DNA from: Vitrella brassicaformis CCMP3155
Lineage: Eukaryota; Protista; Chromerida
Direction: 5' to 3'
Length of the DNA stretch: 64,000 nt
NCBI GenBank assembly: GCA_001179505.1
Contig: CDMY01000256.1
Location: 1-64,000, forward strand
This document shows, in pieces, positions 13,701 through 26,242 of the stretch. Made by a program: the position numbers and the translations under genes. The notes beneath the pieces were generated by a model. The model did no database searches. It had not been told where the DNA came from and saw only the letters and a list, made by a program, of their open reading frames with translations. Each line of letters opens with the position of its first letter. Positions within the stretch are counted from its first letter, which is position 1.

Positions 13701-14746
13701 GTGTGTCTGACCGACCCTCAAAGAGTGCCTTGATGCTCAGCGCCTCCTCGGCGTCCGTCTGCACCACACCTTGGCCCTCCCCCGACCCCTCAATCCTAGC
13801 CCGCTTGAGCCGGATGGTGCCGCTGCCGGCGGTCTTGGGCTTGGCCTTGTCCTCGAGTGCGTCAAAGAGCAGGAGCTCGAGCTCATGCGTGTCGTTCTGC
13901 ACACTGGCGTGCTCCGACGTCCAACCGAAGGCCCTCATCAGCGGCCACGTGCTGACGGGGCTGCTGGACCGCTGCAGCTGCCCGAAGACCTCTTGCAGCG
14001 CACGCGTGATGGACAGGCGCTTGTACCCCACGCCCAAACCACCACCGGCCGGCCCCCCCACCGCCACTCCCACTCCGTCTGTCACGTCACTGGTGGCCGT
14101 GGTCATTGAGGTGAGCGACAGCTGGTCTGGCCAGCGCACCACGATATCGTCCCCCGCTGTTGCGCCACTGCGGCCGAGCGGCATCGGGTTGGTGGCTGAT
14201 GTGTGTGATATCGATGCGGCGCCTGTGCTGGCCTCCATGTCCTCCTCGGTGAGGGAATCCACATCACTGAGGGTGGGGGTGGGGTAGACCAGCCGCCGGA
14301 ATGACGGCAGATGGAAGAGGCCTTGCAGGTTCACGTTCAGGTAGCACGTGGCGCCGTGGTTCTCCAGGCCACACGGTACGTGGCGCTGGGCAGCAAACTG
14401 CACACACACAGACACACAGACAGAAAGAGAGATGTCCGAAACGAATAAAAGACACAGACAGAGACAGACAGACAGACCGACCAACATGTAGGTGTGACGC
14501 ATCCAGCCAGCCATCCATTTCCTGTCCTGTGCATTAATTATCCCATTTCCCGTGCACGTCTTTTCTCACCATTTCAAGTGGCTCTGCCGCCCCCGCTCCC
14601 GCCTGCGGCAAGGCTATGTGCGGCAGCTGCTGCGCCCGTCGAGAGGCCTCCTCCGAGTCCGTGCCATCCTGATGCCCTGGGTCGGTGGCTGCGATAAGCG
14701 CTATCACGGTGGAAAGCGGCAGCGGCAGTGATGTGCCTTGCGACAT
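7778..14746 (-). CDS. Ubiquitin-specific protease (USP7/UBP12-like catalytic domain) fused to leucine-rich repeats and a coiled-coil/Gln-rich C-terminus; many exons
   Basis: Cys box GLENHGATCYLNVNLQGLFHLPSFRRLVY, QNDTHELELLLFDALE, His box YHLHAVLVHQGEIFSGHYYALIRP...WFKFND, and SAYVLQYV. Exons traced in phase from the USP domain into LRR-like segments (LPDLQILDISSS, LDVLDLSGA, ICDLDLSRNP, LRLNHNSAG, LTNLDLRG). The last exons are less certain. Confidence 0.85.
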
Positions 14747-15397
14747 GCCGATGCCTTCCGAGGACTGTGGTGCAAACCTAGAGGGGCTGCCGTGGAGTCG
14801 GCAAAGGAAACCGAGAGGAACAGCTGAAATGACCTGTCACTACACTAGTATGTGTATCTATCCTATCCTATCCTCGTAGCCGCTTCTTGAGGGCAACTCG
14901 ACCTGCAAGCTCAAGAGCTCGCATCCATCTCAGCCGTCACGCCGCCTGCGGTCCCTTCCTAAAATGGCTGCTGCTGTCTCAGAGCTGAAAATCATATTTC
15001 AGCGTTTCAGATGGTACTTTGTGCTCACGACGACACCCTACATACCACACCAAAGACTTCGATCTTTGCGCATTATGCACAAAACTGTCTGTCCTACAGA
15101 CGTCATCCTCACAAGCGTACAACGAGCCGCGCACTCACAAAAAGTGCCATCACGACCCCCTCCCTCCCCTCCCTCAGCCTACGAGTACAAACACGTGATG
15201 ACTGATTAATTCGCTCCCACTCAGCCAGCCCTCATTAAGGCTCTGCTCCATCCATCCATCCGCCGTGTAAGACAAGACGTGCAGAAGTGAAAAAGTGCCT
15301 TCGCATACGGCGCCCGTGCGACACTCATTTTCCACCGGCCAGTCAGCACATGGCGTGCAGTGCGATCTCGTGTGTGCGGTGTGCACACGCCTGTCGG

Positions 15398-16571
<1,174 letters not shown>

Positions 16572-16999
16572 GTTGCCTTGTTGCTGCTCCTCCTGTCCCT
16601 CCTGCTGCTGTCGTTGCTCCGGTTCTGGTGAGGGCGAGTTGGGATTTGGGTAAATGATGCGTGCTGATGGGAGGGCTGCTGGGCAGGCGGCTTGGACGAA
16701 CGCTCGCACGCGGTTGAGCCCACACCAACGCAACACACTCCCCGCTATCCTGACCTCGACAACAAACCACACCAACCAGCCGCCGTCGTTGGATGACAAC
16801 ACCAAATGTCGAGTGCCCGAACAGCTGACCACCCCACAAACAGGCCTTCTTTTCTCCCTCGACCCGCGGCTAAGCTCGCAAACAATGCCCGCAAAAACGC
16901 TGGAGGGGAGAAAAAGAGGGCTGCTGAAGATTCATGGCATCCTTGTCACTGTGGTGTTTTGATCGGATTCGGAGGAAAGGCGTTTTCATCGTTTTGCCG

Positions 17000-19900
17000 A
17001 TGGTTGTGCGGCGCTGGCGCTGCTCGGGTGTGTTTTTGGCGATTGCTGCGCCCCTATGCCTGTCTACGGCGTCTGCGGATCATCATCTGCAGCCGGCATT
17101 CGTTCGTCCGGCTGTGAGAAAACCACTCTCGTCCGTCGGCAGGCTGTCCAAGCACAAGCACCGACTGTCCACAGTGCATTCAGTGCAGCCGTCAACAGCC
17201 GAAGACATCGATGTCGAATCGCCGCCCGTCACTGCCAACGGCTATGTGGCACCCGGCACACAGCGGCCATCGCCATCACCCTTACAGCCACTGGGCGGCC
17301 CACCAGTGACGCCCGTCGAGGGCAGCTGGCCCGCATTTGCTATCGACGGCGTGCAATTCAGGCCACACAAAGATCCCGCCAGCCTCTCGCTGCGGCAGGA
17401 GGGCCGTCCACGTCGCGTGTTGGTGTATCTCCCCGGGCTGGATGGTACGGGGGATTACTCTTTTCGTCAGCTTGATGACCCCGGGCTGAGTGTGCACTAC
17501 GACGTGTGGCGGGTGCAGATCCCGTGGGACAACCAGCTGACCTACAGGCAGATACTCTACCTTACCGAACGGTGAGGGAGTGGGTGGGGGTCAATGCACA
17601 TGCATCTCGTCTGTGTGGCTGACTGAGTTTGCCTGCCTGGCTGCGTTTTGCAGCGGTCTGAGGGAGATCCAACGGATCTACTGTGGCGACTCGGTGCCTG
17701 AGAGGCCTTTTATCACGCTCATGGGGGAGAGCTTCGGAGGTGCGTGTGGTGTAGCCAATACATGGATCGAGTGGAGGGAGGAAGCACACCATTTCTGTCT
17801 GTCTGTCTGTGTGTCAGGTCTATTGAGCATCGGCCTCTCTCTCCGCCCCGATGCCGCCGACATTTACGAAACAGGTCAGCCCGCACTTGTCCACCGTGTC
17901 CTTTGTGCTTTCTGCTCATTCTCTGTCTGTGTCGCTGTTCATCTCAGTGGTGCCCGTGAACCCCGCCACATCGTTCCGAAAGACCTTTTGGCCGACCATC
18001 GGGCCCATCATCGCAGCCACACGAGGGCGGGTGAGGCACAAGCTCTTACACATTCACTCATTCATGCATGGACTAATCAAGGGATAACTAATGCATTACA
18101 CGAGGTTTGGCTGCCGCTCTTTCTCTCTCTCTCTCTCTCTGTGTCAGTTGTATGGCGTGGCGGCGCTGGCCTCGTTGGTCCCCACGGTGCCCGATTGGCC
18201 TCAGATGCTCTACTTCGGTGGGCGGGTCGTGTCAGCCGACCGACCAATGGAGCTCCTGGGGCAGTGGTGGACCAAGCTCAACAGATTCGCCACTAACGTA
18301 AGGAACCAAACACACTCACTGCTCACGTGCCACATTGAATAGACAGACGAAGTCTGTGTATGTGTGTGTCGTTTTATTTAGTTGTCGGCGGATCGGCTGA
18401 GTTTCCGGCTGACCCGTTGGCTGGACGAGGGCAGCCGGGCGGTGGAGAGACAGCTGGAGGCACTCACCATGACCACAGGGGGAGAGGGGGTCGCCTCGCC
18501 CACACTACCGTCTTACCTCTTCATGGGAGGTACGCACACGCACGCTCACACACATTGCTCACACACTCACACGTGTCGCAATTTCTGTCTGCACACAGGC
18601 ACGGCGGACAGGATGCTGCCGTCTGGGGAAGAGGCGCAGCGTCTGTATGACATATTTGCCGACATCAAGGGGCCACAAGCAGCGCAAGATCAGCTGAACC
18701 TCGTAGGTAGTAGGGAAGGATGCACGCCTCCACTCTTTCTCTCGTCATCCTCCAATTCTCCCGGCATGCAGGTGTTGCTGCAGGGCGCCGGGCACTGGGC
18801 GTTCGACAGCCGGTCCAACATGACGGACATCATCCTCTCATCACTTCCGCCAGCTGTGCGGGTCACACCGGGCAAACAACGACCTGTGGGCGAGTTTGAT
18901 GACTTCCGGACACCCGATGTCGAGGTGAGACCCCCTACCACCTATCTATTGTCGTTGCTTCCACATCCCGCAGATGTGTCACTCCCTGTGTGTGTAGGCT
19001 GAGATGCAGCGGGCCCCTCTGATCCCCTGGATCGCCGCAGAGACAGAGAGGCTGCTGTCCCCTGTGTTCTTCTCCACCAACGCACACAACGGCAGGAGAG
19101 AACGGTCAGGCAACTACACGCAGCTGTTTGACAGCCACACACCCATTTTTTCGTCTTTCTTTCCCTCAGGGGTCTGCACGCGCTCATGAGAAGCATGCCG
19201 GGCGACTTCTCAGCACCAGACGAGCAGGCAGATCGGCAATTCGAAGACAACAACGCAGAGCAGGCCCCGGCCCAGGCGGGGATGACGGTTGAGGAAGAGG
19301 AGGAGCTGGTGGGGACGGGCCTGAGCAGCCTCTTCCCCCGGATGGAGGAGTGGGACAATCAGTCTCTCCGGAAGATCCCCCTGGACAGGCCTGTGCTGCT
19401 CGTGGGCAACCACAATCTCTTCGGGTTCGAGGCCCCACTCATCATTTCACGATTCCTACGGGTCAGAGCGGAGGGAAGGAGGGAGGGGGAGAGGGATAAC
19501 ACTAACACACAAGAGCCAGGCCAGCGGTATTCTCTCTGGTGGCATTCGTTGTTCAGGAGGTGGGCATCTGTCCGCGTGCGTTGGCGCATCCGTTCTTCTT
19601 CCAGCCGCTGCACTATCTCTTCGGCGACCACCGCAACAACAAGAACGGTTACAATGGCTACAGTGACAACGACGACGCGCTGTCCTCGTCCACCAGGCAG
19701 CCCCAGACCATTGATCTGTTCCGGCCGCTGCCCGAGGACAACTACACGCTCATCAGCAAGCTGTGGCGGTCATTCGACGTGGGAGACTTCCACAAGCGGT
19801 TCGGTGCTGTGGAGGTGAGCAAGCGCGCCTACTACCGCCTGCTGCAGCAGAAAGGTGGGCACAGCACAGCACAGCACAGGAGGGCGCAATGCATTCAATG

Positions 19901-20881
19901 ACGACACTGGTGGATGGATGGATGGATCGATGGCTCTCTGTCTGTGTGTCCCAGAGTGCATTTTGCTGTACCCTGGTGGCCTCAAAGAGGTGTGCATGAC
20001 ATGAGGATGGATGCAGAGACAGACAGAACGCAAGAATACTGCCTGCCACGTGTTGGATGTGTTGCCCTTTCTGTCGTCCCTTCTGTCTGTCTATCGTCAG
20101 GCCTTTCACGAGCGGTCGCAGAAGTACCAGCTCTTATGGGACGATCAGGAAGGTACGCACCCCTTGTCAAAGACAGACAGACAGACAGAGATGTTATCCT
20201 TCCTCCCACCCCCCTTCGCGCGCTGCAGATTTCCTGCGCATGGCGGCGCGGTTCAACGCCACCATCATCCCCTTCTCAGGTGAATGACAACAGCACGTTC
20301 AGGTCAACAGGCCTTGTGCAGTTAACAGTCTTGTCTTGTCTTGTTTGTCGCGTCGTGTTTTTGCAGCTGTGGGGTGTTCTGACGTCTTCACCATCGTGCT
20401 GGACAAGCGCGAGGTGCTCAACCTGCCTTTCGTCGGCGAGCGGCTCAAACGACGCGCACAAGCATGTACGCCCAAATAATGAAAGCCATGGTCCCATGTT
20501 TGTGTGTCCCTCCATCTACCGTCCTGTTGTTCAGTTCCCCGTGCGTCTGATTTCCCGCCGTTCGTGCCGCCCATTCCCCTGCCGTCGCTGCGGACGGGGG
20601 GCGGCGAGCGGCCCTATCTCCTCTTCGGACGACCTATGGACCTGACGGGCGTAGATGCGGCTGACAAGGAGAGTTGCCAGGCACTCTACGAGCAGGTGAG
20701 CCAACCAGACAGACACAAGAGGTGTGGTCATCTGACTGAGTGCACTCATTCATTCATTCATTCATCATGCATTCATTTGTTGGCTTCCTTCTTGCCGTGG
20801 GTGTGGTCAGCTGCGTGGTGAGGTTGAGAGCGGCGTGCAGACCTTGCTGGAGGCCAGGGAAAAGGACCCCTTCAGGTAACA

Positions 20882-20915
<34 letters not shown>

Positions 20916-21087
20916 CATGCGACAATGCCACACTCTGTCTGTGCGGTGTGGTGTGGTGGTCAGGCGAGGTCCCCGACGCTGGGCGTATGAGTTGCGCCAC
21001 CGGCGGAAGGCACCGTCAGTCTCGAGCATCAACCTGCCGCAAGCCAACGAATGGGAGATGCCCATGCCGACAGAGGGCGGGAGGTGA
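17000..21087 (+). CDS. Phytyl ester synthase-like esterase/lipase + diacylglycerol acyltransferase (PES/ELT family), probably plastid-targeted
   Basis: Signal peptide plus transit-like leader. Alpha/beta-hydrolase motifs VLVYLPGLDGTG, GESFGG and VPVNPATSF. Acyltransferase half PVFFST...RPVLLVGNHNLFGFE, LYPGGLKEV, DFLRMAARFNATIIPFS, ERPYLLFGRPMDL. Confidence 0.88.
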
Positions 21088-21734
21088 CAGTGACGCCATA
21101 TCACGTACCAAGGGGCCTTCGACGAAGGGCAATGGAATGCCGTCCGGTTGTGTACAGAGAGAGGGGGACTGACTGTCATATGTGTGTATGTGTGTGGTGT
21201 CAATAGCGAGGGAGGCGATGATCGCAATCAATGTGGTGTGCAACCAACCGAGTTTTTCCGGCATGTTCATGTGGATCAGTCAGGTGCGGGAGAAGAGGTA
21301 GAGGTAAAAATCTATGCACTTAGGCGATAGCGTGGTTTGTGTGTGTGAGTGAACGGTCGATGGCGTGGTCTGCCAATGGAGTGGAGAACCAAACTTGTCT
21401 GATGGGTTGCTTGGATGTCACAGCTGACATGGTAGAGAGTGAATGGGATGAAGAAACGTGCGCCTCGCTTGCCAAAAATTTAGAGACAATCAAGTCTTTC
21501 CCCTCCATCTGGCCTGGTGCGTGGTCACGCAATGCATCCACATATGGATTCGTCTGCTGCCCTGGATCGGCTCACCCCCCACACACGACACACACGAATA
21601 CTCTACACACACGGCACCAACCACACTACCAAGGCAAGCGAAATGCAGCCACGTAGATAGCAATAGAGAGATCTCATACGGCCAAAATGCACCAACCCAC
21701 CCACCGCCCACTTGCCCAACTCCGACACATCCCA

Positions 21735-22635
21735 TCAGAGAGAGAAAGGCGACTTGCCGGGGAAGACCAGCGACTGCACCATCAGGCCAATGATGGCAAT
21801 CATGGCGAGTCGGCCGTTCTTGACCTCCTTCAGCCGCAGGTCGTCCATCTGCGCCTGGCTCTTGCCCTTGCTGAAGTTGAGCGGGTCGAAGCCGTAGTTG
21901 CCGATCTCGTTGTTGACGTAGTTGCCCCCGAAGTCCTTGTCCAGGTTGGCCAGCTCAACCATTCCACATGCGGCAATGATCTGCAGGTGCACCGCCAGAG
22001 GGTTCTTGCTCACGGCCTCGAAGCCCACGAAGTCACGGCCGGGCAAATGGATGCCAAGGGCAGTCACTGCAGTGTCACACAAACGGACGGAGAGGGGGAG
22101 ATCAGATCAGCAGGTGGTTGACGGTCGATGTGTTGTTGCGTGTGTGTCTTAGCTACCAAGCCATCCGACGACGGCGAGCATGGCGACTCTGCCGTTTTTG
22201 AGCTCAGCAGCCCGCATCCACTCCAGGTTCAGCTGGTCGGACAACAGAAACGGATCTGACATACCAAACACACACACACTCAGTTCACACAGTGAGTGTC
22301 ATAGCAAAAGGCAATCTTCTCACCGAAGCCGACATCTCCCGCCATGCTCTTGTCAAGCTTGGACGGCCTGATGGATGGATGGATGGATCAGTGAGTGAGA
22401 AGGCAACACACCAGCGATGGAAGCACCAGACGAACAAGATCTCACTCAGTGTGTGTCATTGTGACCTCATGAGGAATGGGAGTGACTGGCTCATCTCTGC
22501 CTGCATCCTGACATCGCTCCTGGGCGCCGCTGCAGTGCGTCGGAGGGAAGGCAGGGACCCTGCTGACGGCACGAAGGCCTCGCCCGCAGACGCACAAGAG
22601 ATCAGGGCAGCGACCACAACCGCAACGAGCGCCAT
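21735..22635 (-). CDS. Light-harvesting complex (chlorophyll a-binding) protein, 4 exons
   Basis: Bipartite leader MALVAVVVAALISCASAGEAFVPS. MAGDVGF|DPFLLS, EWMRAAELKNGRVAMLAVVG (helix 1), and YGFDPLNF...LRLKEVKNGRLAMIAIIGLMVQ (helix 3). Confidence 0.97.
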
Positions 22636-22829
22636 ATCCACAACAGCAGAGCAGAGAATCACCAGGAGATCTGTCGGCTCTGTTTACGATTTTTCTGGCG
22701 GCGCGCATTTGCGAGCTTAGAAAGGCAATCAGCTGGGCATTCATTTCATCCATCCCCAGCGGACACGACGAGACGGAAGAACATCAGCAGAGTCAGTGTG
22801 TTCCGATGGGCAGCAAAGAAACTGACAAG
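22636..22829. promoter_or_regulatory. Putative bidirectional promoter between LHC and decarboxylase genes
   Basis: Head-to-head start codons 194 bp apart. Confidence 0.5.
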
Positions 22830-25163
22830 ATGAACGGCGTGGACAGCGGTCACAGTGCCGTGCCGCTCGACAGTGACACAGAGGCGAGAGTGGAGGAGTT
22901 CCGCAGGTGACCACACACCACACACACCTTCTCGGATGGATGGATGGATGGATGGAATGAATGGATGGATCGTTGTGTCGCCGCTGTGTGTGCAGGTGTG
23001 GCCATCAGATGGTGGACTTCATCGCCGAGTACTACCGAGATCTCGCCCGGCACAAGTATCCCGTGCTGCCGTCTGTCGAGATGGGCTACCTCACCAAGAC
23101 GGAGCCCAAACACGCGCCTCAGCAGCCCTGCAGCTACGAGGACCTCATGAGAGAGGTACGGCCTGATTCTCTGTCTGTCTGTCTGTGTGTGTGTGTGCCC
23201 CTCTCATCTCATGGTCTCCCTGTTGCAGGTGGACACCAAGATATTACCGGGCGTCACCCACTGGCAGCACCCGAGGTTCTTCGGCTACTTCCCCGCCTCG
23301 TCATCGTTCCCCGCCATGTTGGGCGACATGCTGTCGATGGCCTTCAACACCATCGGCTTCTCGTGGGCCGCCGCCCCAGCCGCCACTGAGCTCGAGACCG
23401 TCGTCATGGACTGGCTGGTCAGCCAGGCTGGCTGTCTGTCAGCGAGAGAGAAGAGACCTTCCCATCAGCCGAGAGGAAAAACACATATCTGTGTGAGTGT
23501 TGGGTGGATCAGGCGGCTGCGTGCGATCTGCCGAGTGTGTTTGTGTCGTCTGGGAGTGGCGGGGGTGTGATTCAGCAGACGGCCAGCGACTCGATGCTCG
23601 TGGTCATCATGGCGGCGCGGCACAGGGCGGTGGCGCAGACGGGGGAGACCGACACGCGCCAGTTTGTGGCCTATGCGTCGGACCAGGCCCACTCGTCCAT
23701 CATCAAAGAGGCCAAGGTCAGCACACCGCTTCGGAAACAGACAGACAAGCTGATGTGTGGTTCGTTCAGTGTGCTGGTGTGCAAGTGCGAAGCATCAAGA
23801 CGTCGCGCGAGCACAGCTATGCCCTGCAGCCGACCGATCTGATCGCTCAGATGAGGAAGGACACTCAAGACGGTGACCAATCCCCGCGAGACAGAATGGC
23901 TGCGTATCAACGCCATGATGCTCATCCACTGGTCGCTCTCTTTTTATGTGTGTGTGGTCAGGTCTGATTCCGATCTTTGTGTGCGGCACCATCGGCACCA
24001 CCTCCACCACTGCCGTCGACCCAATACAGGTGACTGACCCACACACAGACACTGAGCGATGCAGTCAGACACCCACCCCGGTCGCCTCGGGCGCATTGTC
24101 AGTCGTTGGCTGAGTCGGTGAGGTGTGAGTTTGCCGGGCTGCCCGTGTGGCTGCATGTGGACGCCGCCTATGCCGGCACGGCGGCACTGGTGGCCGAATG
24201 CCGACACCACTTCAAAGGTACCTGCCTCCGCCACACACAGACAGTCACACACTCACGGGCCTTGTCTGCCTCGGTGGGTGGTTTGTTGGCTGGCCTTGAA
24301 GGTCTCGAGCTGTGGGACTCGTTCAACTTCAATCCTCACAAGATGATGATGTAAACCAACACCAAGGGGGCAGCCAGGCAGCACACTCAGCTCTCCCTCT
24401 CTGTGTGTCTGTGTGTGTGTCTGTTAGGATATCGTTTGATTTCTCTGCGCTGTACGTCCAGGAGAGGTCGGCGCTCATCGACCTCTTCTCTGTCGGAGAG
24501 GAATGCCTCAGAAACAAGTCGGCCAACCACCCTTACCCACAGCCCACCTCGCTGCCTTTGTGTGGGTGCAATCCTCTCGCCCATCCCTCAGGGCGTCCGA
24601 GAGCGGTCAGGTCATCGACTACAGGAAGTGGCAGGTCCCACTGGGCCGCCGATTCCGAGCTCTCAAGCTGTGGTTTGCCTTTAAGCTCATGGGCACCGAG
24701 GGGCTGCAGCGACACGTCAGGCGCAGCTTCGCGCTGGCCGAGCGGTTCGAGCGATGGGTGGCGGCCGACGACCGGTTCGACATGCCGACGCCGCGGCTGT
24801 TTGGCCTGGTGTGTTTGCGGCTGAAGGGGCAGCCCAACGACGCACAGGTCAGCGGCAGAAGGGGGCAGAGGAGCTGGGGAAGTGCGAGTGTGCAATGTTC
24901 CGCTATCAGTGTGCGTTGCTGGACGGTGTGAATGGCTGTGGGTTCTTCCTCGTGAGCACCAAGGTGGACGACCAAGTCGTCATCAGGGTGAGAGAGCGCC
25001 TCTCTCGCCGCACCGCGCGGGTGATGTGACCCATGTGGCCTCTCCGTGTGTGTGTGTGGTGCAGGTGGCCGTCGGGTCGCCCCAGTGTGAGGCTCAAGAC
25101 ATCGACGAGCTGTGGCGCGCCTTCCAGAGAGAAGCCGACAAGCTTGTGGGGCCCTCCAAGTAG
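22830..25163 (+). CDS. DDC: Aromatic L-amino acid (DOPA/tyrosine) decarboxylase, group II PLP-dependent, multi-exon
   Basis: [68 protein letters not shown] lysine in [27 protein letters not shown]. Confidence 0.95.
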
Positions 25164-25784
25164 TAAGCTGCCTGCCTGTAGCCGTGTGTCCGGCGGTGTG
25201 TTTAAGCTGAGCGTCGAGCTGTCTGTTCGGTCAATGAAGTCTCAGTCAGAGGCCGGCCGGCCTTGTTGCGGCGGCGTGTGTATGTGTGCGTGTGTGTGTG
25301 TGTGTGTGTGTGGTGTCGATAATGATGAGGCTCTTTGTCGTGTGTTGCCGAGGATGCTGCATGTTGATGCAAAGCTGACACGTGTGAAATGCCATTCTGT
25401 CAACTGTTTTGCGTCCATCGCCGTGGCCAATGTAGGGTCGCATACATCTACTCGTAGACGGGCGCCAATTAAATTTGTATACTGTTTTACGAACGATTAT
25501 TGTTTTGGCCCAATCGCACGCGGCAGCGGGAGCGAGGTTTTGTTCGGCTTCATCCTTTTCCTCTGTCGCTCGCCCTGCAAAGGAGAGGACATCGAGACAA
25601 GCAAGGACGAGCTGCTTCTTGCTTGAGAGAGTCACGAGTGTGAGATCTCTGCGGCCTTCGGTGCCAGATCTTTTGGTTTCCCGTCCCCATCTTGCCTGGG
25701 TGGGGCTCAGCAACGCTTCCCCTGCCTCTTGTCGGCCTCAGTCGCCCTTCCCCTCCATCCCCTGAGCTGATCAAGGAGGTCTCG

Positions 25785-26209
25785 ATGCGGTCGTCTCTGG
25801 TGTCCCCCGCCCTCCTGCTGCTCGTCATCTCCCCGGCAGGTGAGCACCGCCCTCACACGTCACATCACACGTCAGGCAAAGACAGAAAGGAAAGGCCTCT
25901 CTCACACCTGTCTGTCTGTCTGTCTGCCTCCCCTTTGCAGTTTTGTTGCCTGTGGGTGAAGTACCGCAGCCGCCCGCCGGGCCCTTCACACGTTCGCTGC
26001 AGGACGACGAGAGCCAGGCGACCAACGGGACAGCTGCACCTGAGCAGGACAGCGGCGACGAAGAGCAGACGCCAACGCAGGCTCAAAGCAACACAACTCG
26101 CCCAGCCAACGACACGGACTCACCCCAGGACGGCAATAAGCAGCGGACTAACCAATTCGAGCAGGGTGAGCAATCACCGACGTGCACACTTGCAAGTGCT
26201 TCACGTGGG

Positions 26210-26242
<33 letters not shown>

